Part shown: one piece after another, positions 12,101 through 20,786 of the stretch
How the letters are laid out: every line of letters begins with the position of its first letter
How positions within the stretch are numbered: position 1 is the stretch's first letter
Origin: Macrostomum lignano
Lineage: Eukaryota
DNA: 64,000 bases
Direction of reading: 5' to 3'
Assembly: GCA_002269645.1 (NCBI GenBank)
Contig: NIVC01003638.1
Location: 1 to 64,000, forward strand
The notes under the pieces: model-generated
What the model was told of the DNA's origin: nothing
The model's database searches: none
Seen by the model: only the letters and a program-made list of their open reading frames with translations
Translations under genes and position numbers: made by a program

Positions 12101-14024
12101 GGAACTGAGGGACTGGGAACTGGGGAACTGAGGGACTGGGAACTGGGGGACTGGGGAACTGGGGAACTGGGAACTGGGAGACTTTGGTGCCAATCTGAAT
12201 GATGGACTGCGATTTCAAAGATAGCAGGATGCACCTACAGCTGAACTGAAGCTTTTACTCACTTTTCATTTTTTCTGTTAACTCAGGCGCAGAAGTATCT
12301 CGGGCGGCTGGAAAGCCAATGTGAGCTCCTCGATGCTTGAGCAGCTTCCAATGACTGACAGGTGAATGATCAAATGATAAAATACGTTTCAAAATGCTAA
12401 AACATGCAGCAGTTTGTTATAATGAAGCTTGAATTTTTCTACCAGATTTCGTTCTTGGATTGACGAGGTTGCTCAACTGTTTGGCGGCATGGACATCTGC
12501 TCTGTGGAGGCCGTGCAAAACAAGGAGGGCGCCGTGTTGATTGTTGAAGTGAGCTTACTGGGATGCCTTCCCAGACTTGAACTTCACGTTTCCCTACTGG
12601 ATTCCAATCTACCCAACTCGATTCCAGCCTACCCAACTCGATTCCAATCTACCCAACTCGATTCCAATCTACCCAACTCGATTCCAGCCTACCCAACTCG
12701 ATTCCAATCTACCCAACTCGATTCCAGCCTACCAAACTCGATTCCAGCCTACCCAACTCGATTCCAGCCTACTCAACTCGATTCCAATCTACCCAACTCG
12801 ATTCCAGCCTACCAAACTCGATTCCAGCCTACCCAACTCGATTCCAGCCTACTCAACTCGATTCCAATCTACCCAACTCGATTTTAATCTACCCAACTCG
12901 ATTCCAATCTACTCAACTCGATTCCAATCTACCCAACTCGATTCCAATCTACCCAAATCGATTCCAATCTACCCAACTCGATTCCAATCTACTCAACTCG
13001 ATTCCAATCTACTTAACTCGATTCCAGCCTACCCAACTCGATTCCAATCTACCCAACTCGATTCCAATCTACTCAACTCGATTCCAATCTACTCAACTCG
13101 ATTCCAGCCTACCCAACTCGATTCCAATCTACTCAACTCGATTCCAGCCTACTCAACTCGATTCCAATCTACTCAACTCGATTCCAATCTACTCAACTCG
13201 ATTCCAATCTACACAACTCGATTCCAATCTACCCAACTCGATTCCAATCTACCCAACTCGATTCCAATCTACCCAACTCGATTTTAATCTACCCAACTCG
13301 ATTCCAATCTACTCAAATCGATTCCAATCTACCCAACTCGATTCCAGCCTACCCAACTCGATTCCAATCTACCCAACCAATTCCAACCGAGAGAATGTCT
13401 TGCTAGTATCTCCAGAAAATTACCTCTTTCACCCGAAACGAACCCGAAAATCACCAGGCCAACGGGTCGGACGCGCCGCTGCTCGGCGACTCGCAGGAGG
13501 AGGACCGGCGGCTCATCTCCGAGCTGGTGCTGGGCCGGATGCATCACGCCTGCTCAGCGGCCGCTGCCCGACTCAGCCGGGCGGGCAGCCTCGGCCAGGG
13601 AATCAACCGCTATTCTGCCACCCCCAACGGACCGACTCAGCCGCAGCCTCCGCCACCGCCGATGCCGCAGCAGCAGCAGCAGCAACAGGCCGCGGCGGCG
13701 GGAGCAGCGGCGGCTTCGATGATAAAGCAGCCGATGCCCCCGCCGCAGTCGGCGCCATCAGTCGGAGCTGCCGCCTCCGCTGGACCTCCGCCGCCATCGT
13801 CTGGACCGCCGCCGCCGCGGTCTGGCGGGCCGCCGCCTCCGCCTCCGCCGCAGCAGCCGCCTGGAGGCGGCCCCCCGGGGGGAGCGGCCAGACCGCCGCC
13901 GCCGCCGCGCCAGACGTCGCTGCCTCGGGGCCCGGGCGGCGGCCCCGGCGGAGGCGGCGAGGAAGGCGAGGACACGATGAAGAACCTGCGCAAAACATTT
14001 GCAGGAATTTTTGGGGACATGTGA
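198..14024 (+). CDS. Syn: Synapsin, 5'-partial. Exons 198-287, 10516-10581, 10896-11038, 12287-12361, 12446-12548, 13458-14024 (stop).
   Basis: AG/GT-bounded exons splice with consistent phases (0,0,2,2,0). They give FTHLAQIQTRVGKENFPLVEQAFYPKYQDL|NMSHDTYPLVMKIGHAHGGLGK|IRLARPDELQDLSGVVAVANTYATTETLVDSKFDIHIQKIGNNYKAFL|RRSISGGWKANVSSSMLEQLPMTDR|FRSWIDEVAQLFGGMDICSVEAV...VE|ANGSDAPLLGDSQEEDRRLISELV. This is recognisably the synapsin C (ATP-grasp-like) domain. It is followed by a Pro/Gln-rich D region and the terminal E domain EDTMKNLRKTFAGIFGDM*. The N-terminal exons lie before the window. Confidence 0.95.
2290..2583 (-). mobile_element. Possible tRNA-derived SINE fragment
   Basis: The minus strand from 2583 to 2515 reads GCGGTAGCCTATAGTAGTCAAGAGTGGCGCTCTAATGTGCCAGCGGCCCAGGCTCGATTCCAAG, with A-box-like (TAGCCTATAGTAG) and B-box-like (GGCTCGATTCC) motifs at tRNA-like spacing. 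I could not build a full cloverleaf, and the 3' limit is a guess. Confidence 0.4.
4218..8582 (-). CDS. Timp: Tissue inhibitor of metalloproteinases (TIMP), nested antisense in a synapsin intron. Exons 8582-8258, 8153-8041, 7950-7809, 7646-7471, 4448-4218; about 328 aa from the first ATG.
   Basis: Five exons with canonical GT/AG sites and matching phases (1,0,1,0). They give CLCRPHNPHHPQQAFCASQF|ALKVKIRR...LYQVLIKSVFRN...|...DVCG...SYLVT|GNF...SKCSWVAFW...QSRYLRGGVYENSCLKCQ|IASF...TCRY...SACYPRYAYC...RRCEW...TKCQE..KG*. TIMP hallmarks present: C-x-C start, HPQxxxC, CG, YLxxG, CxW, YxxxCxxC, and 12 Cys in the mature part. An AATAAA lies about 100 nt past the stop (around 4120). Confidence 0.92.
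4505..5295. repeat. 15-bp tandem array (TTCTTAATCATYAGY)n in TIMP intron 4
   Basis: Direct reading, about 50 units. It explains the KKLMI ORF at 4475-5275. Confidence 0.95.
9063..9111. repeat. Short (CCCAGTT)n tract, the reverse complement of the 11050-12180 array
   Basis: ccccagtgtccagtccccaactcccagttcccagttcccagttcccagt. Confidence 0.8.
9901..10395. repeat. Degenerate interleaved inverted repeats (foldback/MITE-like remnant)
   Basis: 9901-9964 is an imperfect reverse complement of 10158-10221. 10046-10077 is an imperfect reverse complement of 10364-10395. Confidence 0.7.
11050..12180 (+). repeat. G-rich 7-8-bp array (GGGAACT / GGGGAACT / GGGGGACT / GAGGGACT)n in a synapsin intron
   Basis: Direct reading. 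It starts about 12 nt after the donor at 11039. Confidence 0.95.
12599..13377. repeat. 20-bp tandem array (ATTCCAATCTACCCAACTCG)n in the last synapsin intron
   Basis: Direct reading, about 39 units. Confidence 0.95.
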
Positions 14025-15784
14025 GACTGAGCTCGGTCTGGCGACCTGCGGCTGTTTTGGCCGGAATCTGCGGTACTGGATGAACTTTAATTGGCATTAG
14101 AAGTTTTGTCTTGCTGAGCATGCTGATGAAGATGTGCCCAAAAGACAGGTTAGAACGGGCAGGCAGTTTGACTGAAACCGAAAACCGCCCACTCGCATAA
14201 TATTGTTTTTATGTTTTATGTAATATATTTTACTTATATTTTAATGTTTTTATTCAATGGCTATTTTTTGTTAGAATTTTAGTATCAATTTGAGTTGTAA
14301 CCAACTTTTCTTCGCCTAGCCCAGCATAATAATAATTTTAGAATGATTATATTAATTATAGTATACTTGTTTACAGTCTGATTTGTTCGAAAATATTAAT
14401 CACAATTCTATAGCACCAGATTCTTAAATAGGCCTGGCACATGTACTTTTTCTTGCTTAGAGGGAACGGTTCTAAAAGGATTAAGGCGGCACAGTTGACC
14501 CACTGACCCGTGACTGGACCCCTGAGCACACACAGGTACGCACTTAACTAAACAGGGTATGTGTTCAGCTGCACCTGACTTTCTAATCATCGAAAATACT
14601 GGGTGATCCTTGACTGTAATTCATGCACAGCCACTCTTGGCTTAGTAATATCTGACCCATAATAATTAATAAAGTGCATAAATTTGTCAGTAAAACACTG
14701 GCTCACCATATTATATTCCTATTTTCACCAACTGCTGGCAATCCAAGCCAAATGCAATTATTGATTTCTAATTGTAGCTATAGGCTTTTCTATTCAGCTG
14801 CGTTCAACGAATGTCTAAAAAGTGCACGTTGTACCTTTTTAAATCTGTTTACGCTCTGGTTTGAACAGCAATTTTTTTGAATTTATATATAATCGATTGT
14901 TTTTGCTTTGGTGGCATAATACGGCTCTGGTTGTTATGAATCCATGCAAGGACTACATGTATTCTTATACATTGTATGCACATTAAAAAACGTGTATTCA
15001 TATTCATGTATTTATAAAATATTAATAATTTATATTTTATTATTTTATTTTATTATTTTTTATTATTTAATAATGTAATACTTGTAATTTATCAATGTTT
15101 AGTTTATTGTACCAATGGCCGTTAAGTCGTAGAAATTTGCAATATTTTTGTTCTCAATCAATCCAGCATAATTCGATAATCATAATGAAAACTTATGTTT
15201 GAGTCGTCTGGGAAGCGACAAATTTCGATAGCTCATAACTATTTGTAGTTTCTCATCTTGGTTTACAGCAGACATTTATATTTTTCCTTTGAACGTTTTA
15301 ACAAAATATTTCGATGTTGTTAATCAATTGTGTATTTCTAAGAAATGCAATAGCTATTAAAACAAATTTATGCAAAAAGTTTTATTTTGTTTTATCATTT
15401 TTAACGATAGTTTACTTTACCATTGCAAATGCGGTATGTCGCTGCGGCTTGGCGGTCGTGGAAAACTCGTTGGTGCATTTTTCTATTAGCTCCCATAAAC
15501 CAAGCTGGACAAACACTCCGTACACTCCTATATATCTAATTAGCAGGATATCGCTTAGCTTTAGAATCTTACTAGACCATTTTATGTCTGTAGCTAGTCT
15601 CTTAACGATTGCCGATTTAAAAAATACATTTTAATTTGCAATTGCGCTTACTAAATATATATTATGCATTATACACAAATATTTATAGAGCCTTTTTCTT
15701 GCAAATTGTGAACTGCGAAATTGAAGAATGCTTTCAGACTATTGCTTATTTTACAGCGGGGGTAATGCAGGTGCTAATCCGACC

Positions 15785-16232
15785 ATGGTGTGTGCTTGCC
15801 TATGGTTGCCATGGTGTGTGGTTACCTATGGTTGCTATGGTGTGTGCTTGCCGATGGTTGCTATGGTGTGTGCTTGCCTATGGTTGCTATGGTGTGTGGT
15901 TACCTATGGTTGCTATGGTGTGTGTTATAGTGGTTGCTATGGTGTGTGTTATAGTGGTTGCTATGGTGTGTGTTATAGTGGTTGCTATGGTGTGTGTTAT
16001 AGTGGTTGCTATGGTGTGTGTTATAGTGGTTGCTATAGTGTGTGCTTGCTTATGGTTGCTATAGTGTGTGTTATAGTGGTTGCTATGGTGTGTGTTATAG
16101 TGGTTGCTATAGTGTGTGTTATAGTGGTTGCTATGGTGTGTGTTATAGTGGTTGCTATAGTGTGTGCTTGCTTATGGTTGCTATAGTGTGTGTTATAGTG
16201 GTTGCTATAGTGTGTGTTATAGTGGTTGCTAT
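15785..16232. repeat. 24-bp tandem array (GGTTGCTATGGTGTGTGTTATAGT)n
   Basis: Direct reading. It explains the VAMVCVIV and GCYGVCYS ORFs. Confidence 0.9.
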
Positions 16233-16234
16233 AG

Positions 16235-16395
16235 CTTATTTTGGAAATCGGTGTTGTTAGCACTCATTTTGGCGCCGTAGGCACTCATTCGGCGCCAAAG
16301 GCGCTCTACTTCGGCGCCGTGAAGCAAAATGATTGATTTCCATACCAGGTCACAAGATGGGGCGGGGCGACAAAGCATTGGCATGTCTCGCCATC
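16235..16395 (-). mobile_element. Partial inverted copy of the 20013-20287 MITE-like element
   Basis: Its reverse complement aligns by eye with about 20040-20200. Shared motifs include GGCGCCAAAATGA..GCGCT.ACAACACC.GATT..CAAAATAA and GAGACATGCCA.TGCTTTG. Confidence 0.65.
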
Positions 16396-16600
16396 CTTTT
16401 ACAACCAGCTCTTAGCAGAACATCTTCATTCGCTGTGTGACTGGTCCAGCTCACTCTCAAAGACACGCCTTAAAAACCACAAAACTCCATTGACTCGATT
16501 CTTCTCTCCATTGCTGGCGACATTATCCAGCACTCCGGCCAATGTGTGAGAACAGGGAGAACATTATAGCAGTCAAGAATTCCTAAATTCGTCTTCATGT
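16392..16600 (-). mobile_element. Decayed non-LTR retrotransposon (RTE/L2-like) ORF2 C-terminal fragment
   Basis: Frameshifted minus-strand translation ILDCYNVLPVLTHWPECWIMSPAMERRIESME / WFLRRV / RVSWTSHTANEDVLLRAGCKRM. This resembles the post-RT motif (VLLYGxExW..xE.RIxAFEMWxxRRxLRISWxxxxxNEEVLxRAG) of RTE-type LINEs. Confidence 0.65.
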
Positions 16601-17530
16601 TGACTTTACCAAATATGAAGTGACTGCTACTAAAACTTGAAATTAATAAGGCTAAGCTACATGTATCGCCCACAAGACAGTGTGAAGTCGGATCACAGTG
16701 TGTACAGTTTATTGATTTTTTGAAGCGCGGGAAGAAGTCACGCCATCTATAGACGAAAAATCTGAATTTTATTTCAAAGTATAGTAAGTACTCATAAGTG
16801 TTTGTCTGTCCATCCAGACCATGTATATGGGTTGATGGGGGGTTTCTTTCGCTAAATAATGCTAAGTTTTGTTTGAACTATAAATAATCAGTTATTTGGC
16901 CGAAAGAAGCAAAAGCACAACAGCAAGCAACAGAGAAGCAAAAGCAACTACACGTAAATAATGAAAAAGAAAAAATGTACACAAAAAAATTAAAAAGCGA
17001 CAAATTTACAGACAATGAGTTTTGGAATTCTGACAAATTTTAAATTGGAATAGATTGGACAACATGCAACTAAGGCATGGATAGATGCTACAAAACTCTT
17101 AAGGTCTTGCTTGAGTAGAAAATCCGTTGAAATTGTGTACTTTGACCCATGGTTGGGGATTTTTACATCAATCTCACTAACTCTACGAGACGGCTTGAGA
17201 TCGCGGAGTGACCTGCACATCTTCGGTTTATACAATTCTTGGAACAGAAACTCTTTAATAAGGCTAAATACGCTGTCTTCTTCTGAATAATCGAATCTTA
17301 GAGAATGGCTTACGCATCAGGCGCATAATTTGCGTCCAGTTGTTGTAGCACTGGAATATTTCGAATAGCGTCCGTGTGACGAATGCTGAAGCATAGTGGC
17401 ATAAGGATGGTCTGTTCTGTAGTCAAGCTCTTAGCTCCTATGTCCACTGTAACACCCGAGAGTACAGTAGAAGAAAATCAACTGACACTTCTTACAAATT
17501 GAACTGAATTCAACGCTAGTGCAATACAAA

Positions 17531-19038
17531 CTAAAGCTGTGTGATTTCAATATCCTCTGGCATCTCAACAGCCCGAACAGTAACCAGGGAGCGACGTTGA
17601 AGCAGCTCCTCCTGCTGCTCCTGGACGAGAAAATCTGACTCGCTTGACGAATTTGACTTGTCAGCCTCAATCTGAAACACGTAGGCGGGGTTTGGACAAA
17701 TTTTCGGGCTGTGTTCGGTGGAGCCTGCAGTCAGCCGGTGGTTCGCTGAAGGACTCGAATAGAGGCAGCTTTCAACGCGTTCTCCCTCGGCGCGCATCGC
17801 CCGCAACTCCTGATCCATCAGACTGAACACTGACGACAGCAGCTGCGGATTAGCGTGAAACTGCGGCGCTAGGAGGTTATTGCGCTTCAGGCGCTCCTCC
17901 CAGTGCGGCGGCAGGTTGACAAATTGTTCGGCCTCGCGATCGTAGACCAGGCTCAGCAGCTCCCGAGGCTGTCGCGGCGGCGGTGTCGGCGGCGGCGAAC
18001 CGGCATCATCTTCATCGTCCGTATTGCCTTCGCCAGCTCGCTGCTGCAGTGGCGGCTCTGCTGCTTCCGCTGCTGTTGCTTCCGCTGCAGGTACAGTTGC
18101 TGAGGCCGGGACCTTATTTAAAAAAGATGCTGTCGTTTTGCTTACACTACGTAACTATTCGCTCTGGCCCTACTTTTGTAATCCATGTTCTGTTCTGTCA
18201 TAAAATTCCACAATGTCTACAAGACCAAAACGTCAACTCCTGGAAGTAAAAGAGCCATGACACCCTTACGTAAATGCTTGCGGACTCGTGGCATGCTTAC
18301 GAAAAAAACGAGCACGGAGATCCTACAGAGCCTACCTACAGACCCCATACCCTACAGAAAGCAAGGGCAAGCCATGAACTCGTGCCTGTTTGCGTTACGC
18401 GTGGCATGGACTTGCTCGGGAAATGCGGCGTACGAGCGTAATTAGAGAAACTATCTTCCAACTCCAGCGCATTCCAAGAAGTGTGCAGGACTCAGTCTGT
18501 TACAAGAAAACTAGAATAAGTATACTCAATCGCATTTTCAGAATGATGTAAGATTTCTTCTCACCTGTTCTGCTGGTGAGACTGGTAACGGCTCTTCACT
18601 AATTGATTCAGTCGCCATTGCAGCTCGTTCCTCCTCTCCAGGTTCTTCTTCAATGACTGACATGGTGATCAAAGGAGCTGCTTCTGCTGCTGTTGCTTCT
18701 GCTCCTGTTGCTGCCGTTGCAGGTATAGTTGCTGTCGAAGATGATATCGACTGATCAGTGTTGCTACCCGCTGGTTGGGCCTCGAAGTACTGCCGCCAAT
18801 TCTCGGGTATCCCGTCAAAGCCTTGACTACCCGCATTGAAAGTGATGTGCATCACCCGCTTCACGTTCTGCGGCGTTGAAATTCGACGACCACCTTTGCT
18901 GGAGCCGCTGCTGCCGTCGTCGCCGCCTTCACTGCTACCGTCGCCGCTGCTGCTGCCTTTGCCACCACCGCGATTCCTGCGCTTAAATAGCGACGCTATG
19001 GAGTCTCGGACACTGTCCAGCTTCTTTGTGGAAGACAT
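17531..19038 (-). CDS. Kinase-less PAK-regulatory-region-like protein with two PBD/inhibitory-switch modules. Exons 19038-18565 and 18112-17531; about 351 aa.
   Basis: Exon 1 is 474 nt and ends CAG|GTGAGA. It encodes ISTPQNVKRVMHITFNAGSQGFDGIPENWRQYF, which is CRIB/PBD-like. Exon 2 follows TAAG, is 582 nt in phase 0 and open to TAG. It encodes DDEDDAGSPPPTPPPRQP and LVYDREAEQFVNLPPHWEERLKRNNLLAPQFHANPQLLSSVFSLM. An ATTAAA lies at about 17254-17259. An additional upstream exon cannot be excluded. Confidence 0.75.
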
Positions 19039-20012
19039 TCTACCACGTCTGAATGCACGGACCCGCCCCGGTGAGCAATGTTGACAGTGAATGGGGCTTA
19101 TGCGGGGCAATCCAGTAATGGTGTGCCGTCAATATGAGAGCTACTAAGGGCCCCAGCTCTGTGCACAAAGCCTACTGCCGGCGAGTTTTTCATAGGGCAG
19201 TTTATAAAAGAAGGGTTGAAAAGCAAAATGTACATCAGTTCAATGCGCACTACAGACGCCGAAGAGGGACTGAACTGTACATTGGCCTGCAACGCTCCTG
19301 CGCCTGCGTAGTGAACGAGATAGAAAATTTCTCAGTCTTTTTATCTCGCTACTTTCCTGCGGCGCTGCACCCCCCCCTGACTGACGATATTCACAGCTGT
19401 TTTACTGCTTGCCTGGGTGCATTATCCGAGAGTTTACTTCGAACGCTGGAGAAGATTCTAAATTTAGTAACGAAGGTTCAGTTTAACAGCTTAACATTGC
19501 AAGACGAAATGAAGTTCCGCCAATAATCAAGGTAACAAAATCTGTAATGTCGAACAAGCCTAAACTCTGGAATAAGGAAGAGAAGAGATGATCGAACAGT
19601 TCTTTTAGTTGGTTTATACCCTCTGTAGTCGATTAGATTATTAGCATATTTTTGCATCACTCTCCCTACTCAGTATACATCTAGCTCGTACTTCAGTATT
19701 CTGCGTACACTTATGAGCACACACAATGTGTGTGTGTGTGTGTGCAGATTCGGCTGGCTTCACAGACAATGAGCGGTCTGAGCACATTATAATCAACCCC
19801 CCCACACTGTTTATAAGTAAGCTACTTCAGCATTTTTGTGTCTGACTAAATTTAGTTGTGCGTTTTCTCTTGTTGTTTTTTTACAAACGAATGCGTGACG
19901 AGCTTTCATGTACTGTTATGATAGAATTAGAAATGCTTCGATTTGAAAAATTGGATTTTATAGTCGAGTATAAATCTCAGGGTTTTTTGAGATTTCACAT
20001 TGCAACGTGCAG

Positions 20013-20287
20013 CAGGGGCGTGGCCACCGGGGGGGGGAGGACAGGGGAGACATGCCAGTGCTTTGACCTTGTGACGCGGCCGTTGTGGAAATAAAAAACT
20101 TTTCTCCAGGGCGCCAAAATATAGCGCCTTCAGAGCCAAAATGAGTGGCTGCGGCGCCAAAATGATGAGCGCTGACAACACCCGATTCTCAAAATAATGG
20201 ACATGTAGGAATCTAGTCATGTATATGTACATGCCTTATTCTAATTGGCTTTATCCCCCGCCTTAAAATCCATGGCGACGCCCCCTG
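20013..20287. mobile_element. About 275-bp MITE-like element with terminal inverted repeats
   Basis: The left end CAGGGGCGTGGCCACCGG and the right end CCATGGCGACGCCCCCTG are imperfect inverted repeats. A second partial copy lies at 16235-16395. No clean target-site duplication was found. Confidence 0.6.
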
Positions 20288-20483
20288 ACGTTATTTCTGA
20301 TCGCACCTGTCTGCCCAGAAACAATTGACTTCATGTAAAGATCAATAAGCACATTTAAATGTAATTAGTTAATAGCCGAACTACATTAGAAACTCGATCT
20401 CTTTCCGAGATCCTCAAACTGACTCTGCTGAAAAGTTTTTATTATTATTATTTCGACGTAAGCGCGTACAATGGATTGCCGGC

Positions 20484-20786
20484 TCAGATCTTGATGCAGC
20501 TGATCAGCTTGATAGCGTTGCCGCCGCAGTTGGTGGCAAAGCAGTTGGCCATGCGAACTGGGTCGAAGCCGTTGGACAGCGCACAGCCGTATATGCTGTT
20601 GATGATGCAGCTGAGCGAGCTGATGCCGGCCTGACGGATGCACTCCATGTCGACGCTGATGAAGGGCATGACCTCTTGGATGAGATCGTTGATGACTTCG
20701 TCCTGCTGTTGGACAGTGTAGGCGGCTGATGCGGCCGACGCCATGGCTAGGACAGCCAGCAGGTAGCTCAGAAGCTTCGTGTACAT
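20484..20786 (-). CDS. Small intronless secreted six-cysteine protein (100 aa), family unknown
   Basis: ATG at 20786 to TGA at 20484 with GC3-rich codons. The signal-peptide-like N-terminus is MYTKLLSYLLAVLAMASAASA. The Cys pattern is C-x10-C-x7-C-x13-C-x4-C-x9-C. AATAAA lies at 20443-20438, about 40 nt past the stop. Confidence 0.8.
   Translation of the reverse strand: MYTKLLSYLLAVLAMASAASAAYTVQQQDEVINDLIQEVMPFISVDMECIRQAGISSLSCIINSIYGCALSNGFDPVRMANCFATNCGGNAIKLISCIKI

Noticed and set aside
14100-17500. Search for downstream kinase-domain exons for the PAK-like gene
   Set aside because: No GxGxxG, HRD or DFG-type motifs were seen in minus-strand frames; only AT-rich DNA, a tandem array, a MITE and a LINE fragment are present.
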